Of a DNA stretch of 64,000 bases, positions 48,637 through 60,972 are shown piece by piece. Each line of letters begins with the position of its first letter. Position 1 is the stretch's first letter. The notes beneath the pieces were generated by a model. That model worked only from the letters and a program-made list of their open reading frames with translations, was not told the DNA's origin and made no database searches. The position numbers and the translations under genes were made by a program. Location of the stretch: positions 32,001-96,000 of the forward strand of contig JANRJK010000019.1 of NCBI GenBank assembly GCA_033764015.1, given 5' to 3'. The DNA comes from Candidatus Sumerlaeia bacterium (GTDB lineage: Bacteria > Sumerlaeota > Sumerlaeia > SLMS01 > JANRJK01).

Positions 48637-51600
48637 ATGCCCGAACCTCTGCCGCCTCCACCAACCCCGGCGCTTTGGGAGTCTTTCGCCGCCCACCCTG
48701 ACGCCTCGATCGGCGGGGACTGGTCCCCACCCTCGTTCACCGGGGGCGGGCTGACAGCCACGCGATGGCTGGTCGACGCCAAGTCCACCCCTCTGCCGAC
48801 CGATTCCGATGGCGAGGGCGTCGCCTATACCCTGCTTTCGCGGATCGGCGGCGGCGGCATGGGCGAGGTGTGGGTCGCGCTGCAGCAAAGCCTGCAACGC
48901 ACCGTCGCGGTGAAGCGGTTGAAGGGCGCGGGCAACGATCCCGGCACCCACCATGCGAGGCTCCTCTTCCATAAGGAAGCGCTCGTCACCGCGCAGCTCA
49001 ACCACCCGAACATCGTCCCGGTGCACGATCTGGGCGAGGGGCCCAACGGCGAACTGCTGATCGCGATGAAGTACGTCCGCGGCACGCCGTGGCACGAGCG
49101 GCTCGCCACCGACTGCGCGACGCTACCCATGGAGGAGCGCCTCGCCGCGCACATTCCGATCCTCCTCGCGGTGGCGCAGGCGGTCGCGTTCGCCCACTCC
49201 CGAGGCATCGTGCACCGCGACCTCAAGCCGCAGCAGGTCGTCGTCGGCGAGTACGGCGAAGTAACGCTGATGGACTGGGGCCTCGCGCTTTGCGTGGACC
49301 GGGAGCGGCTGGACAGCGTTCCGCAGTCCACCGGGGGGCAGCTCCTGCCGACCAACGAGAGCGCCCCCGCGCCCGCGGGCACCGCCCGCTATATGGCTCC
49401 GGAGCAGTTGCAGCCCACCGCGGCCGGAGTCGGCTACTGGACCGACACGTATCTTCTGGGCGCCACGCTGCACTCCATCCTGACGGGCACGGCGCTGCGC
49501 GCCGGCGTGGAGGGGAGCGAACTCAAGGAGTGGATCCGCGATGGGCGCTACCTTCCGGTTCCCAAGGAGTCGGTCCCCGCGGAGCTCGCCGAGCTGGTCG
49601 AGCGATGCCTGCGCCCCAACGCCCGCGAACGGCTGCAGACCGCGGAGCAGTTCGTCGCGCGGCTGCAGGAGTTCCTGTCGGGTTCGCGCCGCCGCCGCGA
49701 GTCGGAAGGCCTCACGGCGGAGGCCCGCGCCAAGCTCTCGCTGCCCCCGGACGGCTACGCCGCGTCGACCGCCGCGCTGGCGCTCCTCGAGCGCGCCGAG
49801 GCGCTTTGGGCCGGCAACGGAGCGATCGGGCCGCTCCGCGACGAGGCTCTCGCGCGGCATGCCCGGGCCGCCATCAAGAACCGCGACCTCGTGCTGGCGC
49901 GCATCCAGCAGGAGCGCATCGCCGGCGCGTCCGCCAAGGCCGAGACCGGGGTGCTCCTCGCGACCGCGGTTCGCGAAGCCCGCGTCCGCGACCGGGTCCG
50001 CGCCGGCGCCCTCGCCAGCACGATCCTCCTGCTCGCGACGGTCGCCATCCTTTCCGTCCTCTTCACCAACCGGCTCGCGGAGCGCACCGCGGAAGCGGAG
50101 GCCGCCAACGAGCGCCTGGAAGCGCAGCTCTACAGCTCCTCCATTTCGCTCGCGGAACGCCTCGCCAACTCCGGAGCGCACCAGCTCGCGCGGGAGCGTC
50201 TCCTCGCCACGGAGCCGGAGCGGCGCGACATCGAATGGTCGCTCCTCTACCGGATGGCCCATCCGGAACTGGCCGCCGCCGATGCCGGGACCGGTCCAGT
50301 GGCCCGGATCACGCACGATCCGGAGCGGCGCGCCCTCCTTGTCGAAGGCCGCGATGGCCGCCGCGCGGAAATCGGACTCGATGCCTGGACCGTGGCGGCG
50401 CTTCCCCCGCGCCCCGCCGGCCCCCCGCCGCTTCCCTACACCCCTCAGGGCGAGGACCCGGCGGCCGCGACGGCGATCGCCGCCGAACCGGGCGGGCGGC
50501 GCCTTGCGCTCGGCGACGCCAACGGCGCGGTCCGCATCCACACCGTCGGCGCGGAGCAGCCCACGGTCCTTGCCGGCCATGTGGGCGCGGTCACGGCGCT
50601 CCGGTGGGCGGAAGATGGGCTGCTCTACTCCACATCGGCCGACAGCACGTTGCGGATGTGGGACCCGGACGCCGGAGAACTCCGCTGCTCGGTGCGCGCC
50701 TCCGACGACATCCAGATGAAGGGGGTCCTGAACGACGCCGCGCCCGTTCCCGCCACTGGAGTCGTCGCCACCGCCGGCGCAGATGGCCGGGTGCGCCTTT
50801 GGGTACCGGATAGCGAGGTCCCCGCCGGCGAGCTGCCGCTGCATCCGGCGGGTGTCGGCGCGCTTGCGCCGATCGCCGGCACCGGGCTCCTCGCGACCGG
50901 TTGCGACGACGGCGTGGTCCGCCTGTGGGACCTGCGGACGGATCGGCACGGCCAGCTCCCCGGCCACCGCGGGCGCGTGGTGGTCCGCGGTGTTTCCGCG
51001 GACGGCGCGGTCGCGGCCACGCTCGCCCACGACAACCAGGCGCGCATCTGGGACCTCGCCGCCAACAACGAACGCCGCCGCATCCAGCCGCCGATCGGGC
51101 CGTACGCCTATTGCGAAGGCCGACTTTCCCGCGACGGAACTCGCCTTGGAATCGCGACACGCGCCGACATCGCGCAGATCTACGACACCGCCACTGGGGA
51201 TCTTCTCCACGAGGCGCCGCTTCGAACGCAGGTGGACGATATGGCGATGGACCCGTCCGGCTGGCGCATCGCCGCGGGGTTCACCGGCGGCGGCGTCCGC
51301 CTGCACGACTTCCGCACCTCGCGGACGCTCGACACGGACACCAGCCCCGGTTCGAACGTGATGAATGTCGAGTTCGCGCCCGACGGCGGGACGGTCCTGG
51401 TGTGCACCCAGGACGGCTTGATGACGCTGATCGACTTCGAGACCGCCGGCAGCGTCGCCACCTTCCCCAAGGTCCCGGAATGGACCGAGCGCGGCGTCTT
51501 CACCCCGGACGGCGAGTTCCTCGCGACGGCGGGCTGGGACGGCGTGGCCAGGTTATGGCGAGTGGACGGGACCCAATTGATCCGGGAGTTCAGCGGCCAC

Positions 51601-52386
51601 GATGCGTGGCTGACCGACACCGCGTTCTCCGCTTCCGGGCGCCGCCTGCTCACTTCCTCCTCCGACGGCACGATCCGCGTATGGTCCATCGACGACGGCA
51701 TCGAGCTGTTGCGCATCGCCCTCGGCTCGGGAAGCGCGGACAGCTTGTCCGTCGGCCCCGCCGACAGCCTCGTGGTGGCGACCTTCCGCGGGCGCAATCC
51801 GGAGGTTTGGCGGCTGCCGCCGACGAGCGGACCGGGCGCGTCCGCCGAGCTGGCCGCGTGGGAGCGCGAACGCGCCGCCCGCGCCATCGCCGATGCCGGC
51901 AGGCCCGCCACCCCAGAAGAGGATCCGCTGCGCGAGCTGGCTCAACGCCATCTCCCCGACGTGCAGGGCCGCTTGGTTCCCTACCGCCTTTCGGAAAGCG
52001 GCCTCGAACGGGGGCGTCGGCTCCGCGTGGTGATTCTGCATCCGGCACCTCGGGATCCCAGCGATCCCCGGGCCGTGTTCATCACCGGCAACCGGCCCGA
52101 GCTCGGCACCTGGACGCCGAACCGCGTCGCGCTCCATCCGGTCGCGGAAGTGCCCGGCGGCGTCCTGTGGGAGTACGAGACGGTGTTCCGCCCGATGGAG
52201 TTCAAGTTCAGCTTCGCCACGGAGGGCGAGCCCTGGGGCGATTCGCACGAGTGGGGAGGTCCGCCGAACCGCGAGATCGGCCTGCGGCGCCCGCTCCATA
52301 TCGACGGCGGGGGAGTGCTGTACTACCTCGCCGAGTACGGCGTCGTGCCGGATTCCGCTACGCCGACGCGGGCTCCCGAAAGCTGA
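48637..52386 (+). CDS. Hanks-type Ser/Thr kinase with TM, WD40 repeats and C-terminal CBM20-like domain
   Basis: IGGGGMGEV, HRDLKPQQV, DWG, YMAPEQ; TM; GH...WD repeats; VFITGNRPELGTW...MEFKF. Confidence 0.9.
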   Translation: MPEPLPPPPTPALWESFAAHPDASIGGDWSPPSFTGGGLTATRWLVDAKSTPLPTDSDGEGVAYTLLSRIGGGGMGEVWVALQQSLQRTVAVKRLKGAGNDPGTHHARLLFHKEALVTAQLNHPNIVPVHDLGEGPNGELLIAMKYVRGTPWHERLATDCATLPMEERLAAHIPILLAVAQAVAFAHSRGIVHRDLKPQQVVVGEYGEVTLMDWGLALCVDRERLDSVPQSTGGQLLPTNESAPAPAGTARYMAPEQLQPTAAGVGYWTDTYLLGATLHSILTGTALRAGVEGSELKEWIRDGRYLPVPKESVPAELAELVERCLRPNARERLQTAEQFVARLQEFLSGSRRRRESEGLTAEARAKLSLPPDGYAASTAALALLERAEALWAGNGAIGPLRDEALARHARAAIKNRDLVLARIQQERIAGASAKAETGVLLATAVREARVRDRVRAGALASTILLLATVAILSVLFTNRLAERTAEAEAANERLEAQLYSSSISLAERLANSGAHQLARERLLATEPERRDIEWSLLYRMAHPELAAADAGTGPVARITHDPERRALLVEGRDGRRAEIGLDAWTVAALPPRPAGPPPLPYTPQGEDPAAATAIAAEPGGRRLALGDANGAVRIHTVGAEQPTVLAGHVGAVTALRWAEDGLLYSTSADSTLRMWDPDAGELRCSVRASDDIQMKGVLNDAAPVPATGVVATAGADGRVRLWVPDSEVPAGELPLHPAGVGALAPIAGTGLLATGCDDGVVRLWDLRTDRHGQLPGHRGRVVVRGVSADGAVAATLAHDNQARIWDLAANNERRRIQPPIGPYAYCEGRLSRDGTRLGIATRADIAQIYDTATGDLLHEAPLRTQVDDMAMDPSGWRIAAGFTGGGVRLHDFRTSRTLDTDTSPGSNVMNVEFAPDGGTVLVCTQDGLMTLIDFETAGSVATFPKVPEWTERGVFTPDGEFLATAGWDGVARLWRVDGTQLIREFSGHDAWLTDTAFSASGRRLLTSSSDGTIRVWSIDDGIELLRIALGSGSADSLSVGPADSLVVATFRGRNPEVWRLPPTSGPGASAELAAWERERAARAIADAGRPATPEEDPLRELAQRHLPDVQGRLVPYRLSESGLERGRRLRVVILHPAPRDPSDPRAVFITGNRPELGTWTPNRVALHPVAEVPGGVLWEYETVFRPMEFKFSFATEGEPWGDSHEWGGPPNREIGLRRPLHIDGGGVLYYLAEYGVVPDSATPTRAPES

Positions 52387-52445
52387 AGGGCGCGGCCGTC
52401 GCCGACCGCGCCCCCCGCATCACGACCGCCCTGGAGGTGGTAGGC

Positions 52446-53123
52446 TCAGAAGAAGTTGTCGGGGGGGACGTAGGTGGGCTCGCTGAACTTCTGCGCTACG
52501 AAGATTCGCCCCGGGCTGATCGTGCCGTTCGTCGGATCGTACTGGAGGAAGTACGTGTCCACGTTGCCTTGAGCTGTTACTTGAGTGCCAGCGGGGCCTG
52601 TACACCAAAGATAGTATCCACCAAAGTATTGGCGCACTTGCCGTGCGACCCGTCGGTTCCCCACGAGGAAGACCAAGGTTGGAGCTTCCTCTACCACACA
52701 AGGCTTCTGGACCCTGGAATCCGCGAACATCCACTCCATCCAGTACTCCGCAGCGTACGCGTAGTACTTGTCTCCCTTGGTGAACTCAGTGCCTTGTGCG
52801 AAAGGGTCCAAGGGAATAGTCGAGAGGTAGCCAATGGGGGAGGTGATAGATGTCGGGAGCGTTCCGGCAACCTGAAATCCGTCCCATCGGTCGTTGAAGT
52901 GAGCGCATGGCCAAGTAAACCGCGGATAGCGGTTCCAATCCACGGCGTACGCCTCCACGGCGGTGCGCATGGTGCGCAGGTCGGAAAGCGCGCGGCTCAC
53001 CTTCGAGCGCGTCTGGGCCTGAAGGAAGTTGGGCACGGCGATCGCCGCCAGGATGGCGATGATGGCGACCACGATCAGCAGCTCGATCAGCGTGAAGCCG
53101 TGGCGGGGGGAGGGTTCCTTCAT
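52446..53123 (-). CDS. Type IV pilin/GspG-like prepilin
   Basis: Class III signal G|FTLIELLIVVAIIAILAAIAVPNF; DPF motif; C-terminal YDPTNGTISPG. Confidence 0.9.
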   Translation of the reverse strand: MKEPSPRHGFTLIELLIVVAIIAILAAIAVPNFLQAQTRSKVSRALSDLRTMRTAVEAYAVDWNRYPRFTWPCAHFNDRWDGFQVAGTLPTSITSPIGYLSTIPLDPFAQGTEFTKGDKYYAYAAEYWMEWMFADSRVQKPCVVEEAPTLVFLVGNRRVARQVRQYFGGYYLWCTGPAGTQVTAQGNVDTYFLQYDPTNGTISPGRIFVAQKFSEPTYVPPDNFF

Positions 53124-53230
53124 CTGTTGGTGTCCTTGGAGTAGGGGGTGTTGCAATCCGCAATTTTTCGCGTGTGCCCACGGCGCTCAATGGAAATCGG
53201 TACCTATTGGGCAGTTTTCTTCCCGGCCGG

Positions 53231-53260
53231 TTGACAGCCCTCCCCCCGAGGCGCTACGGT
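53231..53260 (+). promoter_or_regulatory. Putative sigma70 promoter
   Basis: TTGACA-18 bp-TACGGT, 14 bp before ATG 53275. Confidence 0.45.
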
Positions 53261-53274
53261 CGCGCTTCGAATCC

Positions 53275-54135
53275 ATGGGCCTCTTCCCCAGACTCCCTTC
53301 CCGCGCGACGGGCCGCCGGTCGCTCCGCGAGGACCTCGAAGCGCTGGGTCTGGCGAGGGGTTCCGTGCTGGTCGTCCACAGCTCTCTGCGCGCCGTGGGG
53401 CGCCTCGAGCCGGGGCCCGAGGCGCTCGTCCGCGCCCTCCAGGATGTGGTGGGCCCATCGGGACTCGTTGTGATGCCGACGTTCACCTACTCGATCGCGT
53501 CGTGGGGTTTCGGGCCGTTCCACGCGCCGAGCACCCCGAGCCGCGCGGGGCTCCTCACGGAGACCTTCCGCCGCATGGAGGACGTGCACCGGTCGCTGCA
53601 CCCGTCGCACAGCGTCGCCGCTTGGGGGGATGGCGCGCGGGAACTGGCGGCCACCGACCCGGCCTCGCACACGCCGCTCGGCGCGGGATGCCCGCTCCAC
53701 CTCGCGGCGCTGCGGGGGGCGCTCGTGCTCCTGATCGGCGTGGGGCACGAGCGCGACTCGACGATCCACATTGCCGAGTGCCTCGCTCCCGCACCGTACC
53801 TCGACGTCGCCTTCACGCCGGAGCGCGACCACGAAACCGGCCTATCGCTGCGGGAGGATGGCACCATCGCGCGGTCGACGCTCCGCGAAGTGCCCGGTTC
53901 GCCCGAGGGCTTTCCCGCCTTGGAGCCGGAGCTCGAGCGGCTCGGGCTCCAGCGCGCCGGGCCCCTCGCCGGGGCGACCGTCCGCATGGCGCCGGCGATG
54001 GCCGTGATCGAGACGGCGGTTGCGCTCCTGCGGCGCGATCCCGCGTTCTTTCTGCGCAGCCCCGCGGCGTCGGAAATCTCGCGCCGCCGCCTCGAACGGC
54101 TGCGCCAACTCGGCTTGATCGGAACCGCTGCCTGA
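53275..54135 (+). CDS. AAC(3)/YokD-family N-acetyltransferase
   Basis: VHSSLRAVG, VMPTFTY, RSLHPSHSVAAWG, STIHIAE. Confidence 0.9.
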   Translation: MGLFPRLPSRATGRRSLREDLEALGLARGSVLVVHSSLRAVGRLEPGPEALVRALQDVVGPSGLVVMPTFTYSIASWGFGPFHAPSTPSRAGLLTETFRRMEDVHRSLHPSHSVAAWGDGARELAATDPASHTPLGAGCPLHLAALRGALVLLIGVGHERDSTIHIAECLAPAPYLDVAFTPERDHETGLSLREDGTIARSTLREVPGSPEGFPALEPELERLGLQRAGPLAGATVRMAPAMAVIETAVALLRRDPAFFLRSPAASEISRRRLERLRQLGLIGTAA

Positions 54136-54710
54136 TGGCGCCAAAGTACTCGGACTACTGGCTGGAACCCTTCGACCACGCGGTGCGCCGGTGGCGTCTG
54201 GCGAACGGCGGCGACCCGCTGCCGCCAGCGCCGGAAATGGCGGAGATCGCCGAGCGCCGCGCCCGCGTCCTGCTCGACCACACCCGCGCCAAGCTCCCGC
54301 GGCAGCTCGGGTCGCCGCGCCAGTGGGAAGCCTACTGGAACGCCGACGAACACCGGCCGCTCGTGGAGGCGCTCATCAAGCGCTATGGGTGGAAGGTCCG
54401 CGTGGTGCGCGCCTCGGACGACCGGCCCGCGCCCTACCAGGCGCAGGAGTCCGACGTCGACACGGCGCTGGTCCAGGCGTCGGAACTGGCGCCGCTGCTC
54501 GCCAGGATCCACGCCTCCGACTGCCCGTTCGCGATGGGCGAGCGCGACCTGCTCCTCTTCCGCCTGGCGGAGGAGCTGTTCCACATCATCGCGCTCAAGG
54601 TGGGTCGCGAGCCGCGCGAGGAGTGGATCGGCGAACTCGCGATCCCCCGCGCGCAGCAACTGCTTCTGGGAACGCCGTTCACCACGCTGGCGTTCGGCTT
54701 CATCCGCTGA
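54135..54710 (+). CDS. Hypothetical protein (191 aa)
   Basis: TGATG overlap with the acetyltransferase; coding-like bias; LAEELFH motif. Confidence 0.7.
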   Translation: MAPKYSDYWLEPFDHAVRRWRLANGGDPLPPAPEMAEIAERRARVLLDHTRAKLPRQLGSPRQWEAYWNADEHRPLVEALIKRYGWKVRVVRASDDRPAPYQAQESDVDTALVQASELAPLLARIHASDCPFAMGERDLLLFRLAEELFHIIALKVGREPREEWIGELAIPRAQQLLLGTPFTTLAFGFIR

Positions 54711-54725
54711 CGCGCCGCGGACGCG

Positions 54726-54983
54726 TCAGAAGCCCGAGAGCGTGTCGACCAGCAGCGTGGCCTTGTTGTCCTTCATCTCGAAGAAGCCGCCGGAAACCTC
54801 GAACGACTTCTCGTCCTTGCCGACCCGCATCTGGGCCTTGCCGCTTCCGATCACGCCGATGATCGGTGCGTGGTTGGCGAGCACGCCGAAGTAGCCCTCC
54901 TCGCCGGGAAGCGTGAGCGCGGTCACCTCGCCGGTGAAGACGACTTCCTGCTGGGTGACGATCTGGAGCTGGTAGTTGGGCAT
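54726..54983 (-). CDS. atpC: ATP synthase epsilon subunit (short, 85 aa)
   Basis: LQIVT, PGEEGYFGVLANHAP, VSGGF; GAGGA SD. Confidence 0.93.
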   Translation of the reverse strand: MPNYQLQIVTQQEVVFTGEVTALTLPGEEGYFGVLANHAPIIGVIGSGKAQMRVGKDEKSFEVSGGFFEMKDNKATLLVDTLSGF

Positions 54984-55054
54984 GGGGGCGTTCCTCGGAA
55001 AGGGGGAAGCCGCCGCCGCGCCGGGCGCGGCGGCGGGGGATTCGCTCCGCGGCG

Positions 55055-57359
<2,305 letters not shown>

Positions 57360-57373
57360 CTCTTCGTTCCTGC

Positions 57374-57601
57374 CTAATCGAGCAACTTCAAGAAATCGTC
57401 GGGTTCGAGCCCCGCCTGCCTGATGATCGCGCGGAGAAGCCCCGGGTCGATGTCTCCCGGATGCACCGGGACCACGACCATTCCCTTCGGGTTCTCCCGC
57501 AACAGGACCGCGTGGCTGCCGCGCATCCGGTCCACCACGAAGCCCGCCCTGCCGAGCGCCTTGAGGACTTCCCGCGGCTTCAGCGCAGGCACCCTGCCCA
57601 T
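57374..57601 (-). CDS. hicA: Type II toxin HicA (mRNA interferase)
   Basis: KPREVLKALGRAGF...RGSH...VVVPVH...PGLLRAIIRQAG. Confidence 0.93.
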   Translation of the reverse strand: MGRVPALKPREVLKALGRAGFVVDRMRGSHAVLLRENPKGMVVVPVHPGDIDPGLLRAIIRQAGLEPDDFLKLLD

Positions 57602-57604
57602 GCG

Positions 57605-57847
57605 TCACACCGCCACCCGAAGCGGTACCTCGAACTTCTCTCCCGCCCCCGGCGCGTCGCCTTCCGGGACCGGCCTTCCCTGCTCTTCAAGGACTTCGAT
57701 GTAGGCGGCGATGGCTTCCTGCGCATGGCGCATGAGGTCCTCCACCGTCTCGCCAGCGGTGAAGCAACCCGGCAGCGCCGGCACGTGGGCCCAGAAGCCG
57801 CCGCTCTCTCCCCGCTCGATCACCACCCGGTATTCCCGTTCCACCAT
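57605..57847 (-). CDS. hicB: Type II antitoxin HicB (short, no DNA-binding domain)
   Basis: YRVVIE, GGFWAHVPALPGCFTAGETVED, AQEAI, GRPVP. Confidence 0.92.
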   Translation of the reverse strand: MVEREYRVVIERGESGGFWAHVPALPGCFTAGETVEDLMRHAQEAIAAYIEVLEEQGRPVPEGDAPGAGEKFEVPLRVAV

Positions 57848-57925
57848 TTCCCCCGCGCCTCCGACGCGCCTCGCAGCTTGCCGCCCCGGGGGCGTTCCCC
57901 GCAAGGCCGGTCCGCCGCGCGGCGC

Positions 57926-58798
57926 CTAGTTCAACGCCTCCGCGCCCGAGACGATCTCGATGATCTCCGTCGTGATCGCCGCCTGGCGCAGCTTGTTCAT
58001 CCGCAGCGTCAGCGTGGAGACCAGCTCCTTGCAGTTCTTCGTCGCGTTGTTCATCGACAGCATGCGGGCGGAGTGCTCGCTGGTGAGCGTTTCCGCCAGC
58101 GCGAGGTACACCTTCGACTTGAGGTAGCGCGGCATGAGCGCCTCGAACACCCGCTCCGGCGAGGGTTCGAGGATGTAGTCCGCTTCCTCCGCGGCGCCCG
58201 CCTGCGCGCCCTGCCCGAGGCTCGCGGCCTCGACCGGCAGGAAGCGCGTCTGGAGCGGACGGTTCACCACGCTCGAAACGTACTCCGCCTGGATGATGTC
58301 GATCTGGCTGAACTTGCCCGACTCGAACAGGTCGAGAAGGAGCTGCCCGAGCTGCTCCGCCTTCGGCCCGTCCACACGCCCGGCGAAGTCGAACAGCTCG
58401 CCGGCCATCCGGGCGCGGTGGTACTTCGCGAAGAAGTCGCGCGCCTTGCGGCCGACGGCGAACACCTTCAGTCCGGGGTCCGCCTTGAGTGCGCGGACCC
58501 CCGCCTTGATCAGGTTCGTGTTGAAGGCGCCGCACAGGCCGCGGTCCGCCGTCATCACGACCAGCAGCCGCTCGCCCTGCTCGCGCCGCTGGAAGTACTG
58601 GTTCGCCTTGGCCGACTCGCTCTGCGCGAGGCGCCCGAGGACCTGCTCGAGCTTGAGCAGGAACGGCTTGGCGGAGCGCATCACCTGCTGCGTGCGGCGC
58701 AGCTTGGCCGCCGACACCATCTCCATGGCGCGAGTGATCTTCGCGGTGTTCTTGATGGAGCGGACGCGGCGCCGCAGGCCTTTGATGTTCTCGGGCAT
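57926..58798 (-). CDS. atpG: ATP synthase gamma subunit
   Basis: KITRAMEMVSAAK, DRGLCGAFN, RQAAITTEIIEIVSGA. Confidence 0.99.
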   Translation of the reverse strand: MPENIKGLRRRVRSIKNTAKITRAMEMVSAAKLRRTQQVMRSAKPFLLKLEQVLGRLAQSESAKANQYFQRREQGERLLVVMTADRGLCGAFNTNLIKAGVRALKADPGLKVFAVGRKARDFFAKYHRARMAGELFDFAGRVDGPKAEQLGQLLLDLFESGKFSQIDIIQAEYVSSVVNRPLQTRFLPVEAASLGQGAQAGAAEEADYILEPSPERVFEALMPRYLKSKVYLALAETLTSEHSARMLSMNNATKNCKELVSTLTLRMNKLRQAAITTEIIEIVSGAEALN

Positions 58799-58811
58799 CG
58801 GATTCCTCGGG

Positions 58812-60359
58812 TTACTTCTTCGCCACGAAGGCCTTCGTGAACTCGTCCAGCCCGGCCTTCAGCTTCTCCGCCGTCGGTCCGTCGAGGTCCTTCGACCCGG
58901 TGATCTTCTGCATCACGTCGGGGTACTTCGACTCCATGTAGGCGGGCAGTTCGGAGGCGTAGGTGACCATGCGCTCGACCGGCACCGGGTCGGCGTAGCC
59001 GTTCGTGCCGGCGAAGATCAGCACCACCTGGCGCGCGAGCGCCAGCGGCTCGAGGAGGCCCTGCTTCAGGATCTCCACCAGGCGGGCGCCGCGGGTGAGC
59101 TGCGCCTGCGTGGTCTTGTCGAGGTCGGAGCCGAACTTCGAGAACGCCTCGAGTTCGCGGTACTGCGCGAGGTCGAGGCGGAGCTTGCCGGCGACCTTCT
59201 TCATCGCTTTCGTCTGCGCCGAGCCACCCACGCGGGAGACCGAGAGGCCGACGTTGATGGCGGGGCGGACGCCCTGGTAGAAGAGGTCCGGCTCGAGGTA
59301 GATCTGGCCGTCGGTGATCGAGATCACGTTCGTCGGGATGTAGGCGGACACGTCGCCGGCCTGCGTCTCGATGATCGGCAGCGCCGTGAGCGAGCCGCCC
59401 GGCATGCAATCGAGGCCCGCGGTCTTCAGCACCGCCGGATCCTCGGACAGCTTCGCGGCGCGCTCGAGCAGGCGCGAGTGCAGGTAGAACACGTCGCCGG
59501 GGTACGCCTCGCGGCCCGGCGGGCGGCGGAGCAGCAGCGACAGCGTGCGGTAGGCGGCGGCCTGCTTCGACAGGTCGTCGTAGATGATCAGCGCGTGGCG
59601 GCCGGTGTAGAGGAAGTACTCGGCCATGGAGGCGCCCGAGTAGGGCGCGATGAACTGCAGCGAGGCGGGATCGTCCGCGCTCGCCGTGATCACCGTCGTG
59701 TACTCCATCGCGCCGAACTTCTCGAGCGTCTGCACCACGCCGGCCACGGAGGACTGCTTCTGGCCGATGGCGACGTAGAAGCAGTAAACGCCCTGCCCCT
59801 TCTGGTTGATGATCGTGTCGATGGCGATGGAGGTCTTGCCGGTCTGGCGGTCGCCGATGATGAGCTCGCGCTGGCCGCGGCCGATCGGGATCATGGCGTC
59901 GATCGCCTTGATGCCGGTCATCAGCGGTTCCTTCACGGACTGGCGCGAGATGACGTTCGGCGCCGGCGACTCGATGCGGCGGAACTGCTTCGTGGCGATG
60001 GGGCCCTTGCCGTCGACCGGCTGGCCCAGCGGGTTCACCACGCGGCCGATCACCTCGTCGCCGACGGGCACCTCGGCCACGCGTCCGGTGCGCTTCACCA
60101 CGTCGCCCTCGCGGATTTGCGCGGTGGAGTCGAAAATGACGCAGCCGACGCTATTCTCCTCGAGGTTGAGCACCATGCCCGTGATGTCGCCGGGGAACTC
60201 GACAAGCTCGCCCGCCATCACGTCCTGGAGCCCGTACACCGTGGCGATCGAGTCGCCCACCCGGAGCACGGTCCCGACGTTTTCCACATCGACCTTGTTG
60301 TCGTAGCCCGCGAGTTCCTTCTGGAGAACCGCGGTGATTTCATCGGCGCGCAGGGACAT
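58812..60359 (-). CDS. atpA: ATP synthase alpha subunit
   Basis: [31 protein letters not shown]. Confidence 0.99.
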   Translation of the reverse strand: MSLRADEITAVLQKELAGYDNKVDVENVGTVLRVGDSIATVYGLQDVMAGELVEFPGDITGMVLNLEENSVGCVIFDSTAQIREGDVVKRTGRVAEVPVGDEVIGRVVNPLGQPVDGKGPIATKQFRRIESPAPNVISRQSVKEPLMTGIKAIDAMIPIGRGQRELIIGDRQTGKTSIAIDTIINQKGQGVYCFYVAIGQKQSSVAGVVQTLEKFGAMEYTTVITASADDPASLQFIAPYSGASMAEYFLYTGRHALIIYDDLSKQAAAYRTLSLLLRRPPGREAYPGDVFYLHSRLLERAAKLSEDPAVLKTAGLDCMPGGSLTALPIIETQAGDVSAYIPTNVISITDGQIYLEPDLFYQGVRPAINVGLSVSRVGGSAQTKAMKKVAGKLRLDLAQYRELEAFSKFGSDLDKTTQAQLTRGARLVEILKQGLLEPLALARQVVLIFAGTNGYADPVPVERMVTYASELPAYMESKYPDVMQKITGSKDLDGPTAEKLKAGLDEFTKAFVAKK

Positions 60360-60420
60360 ATCCGTTGACCGCTTCTAAGGGGGAGATGGTGCGCGGGCCC
60401 GGCGGCCCGCGGTCGCTCGA

Positions 60421-60972
60421 CTACAGGACCTGCGTGTGGAGCAGACGGCGCTCCAGTTCGTGCAATTGCGTCATCAGCGTGGTGTCCACCAGCACGTCTC
60501 CGCTGCGGAACAGGACGCCGCCGACGACCTTGGGGTCGACCTTGAACCGGGCCGAGAGCTTCCAGCCCAGATGCCGCTCCATGGTGGCCACGAGCGCCGC
60601 CTGCGTCGCGGCGTCGAGCGCCTGCGTCGTGGTGATCTCGGCTTCATGGAGGCCCTTCTCCGCGAGGAGCAGCCGCTCGAACTCCTCGAGCGCGGGCACG
60701 AAGTGCTCGAGCCGCCGCCGCTCGAGCATCAGCAGCGCGAAGTTCACCAGAAGGTTGTCCACCTTGCCGCGGAACACCCGCTCGACGAGGGACTTCTTTT
60801 CCTCGTCCGGAATGCTCGGCGTTTCGAGGAACACCTGCAGCTTCTGGTTAGAGCGAAGCGCCTCGATGAGCACGAGGCCCTCGTCGCCGATGCGGTCGAG
60901 GATGCCGGCCTGCTTCGCGGCGCCGAGTAGCGCCGCGCCGTAGGTGCGGGAGATCTCCGGATCGACTCTCAT
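60421..60972 (-). CDS. atpH: ATP synthase delta subunit
   Basis: SRTYGAAL, VDPKVVGGV, LVDTT; position in operon. Confidence 0.93.
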   Translation of the reverse strand: MRVDPEISRTYGAALLGAAKQAGILDRIGDEGLVLIEALRSNQKLQVFLETPSIPDEEKKSLVERVFRGKVDNLLVNFALLMLERRRLEHFVPALEEFERLLLAEKGLHEAEITTTQALDAATQAALVATMERHLGWKLSARFKVDPKVVGGVLFRSGDVLVDTTLMTQLHELERRLLHTQVL

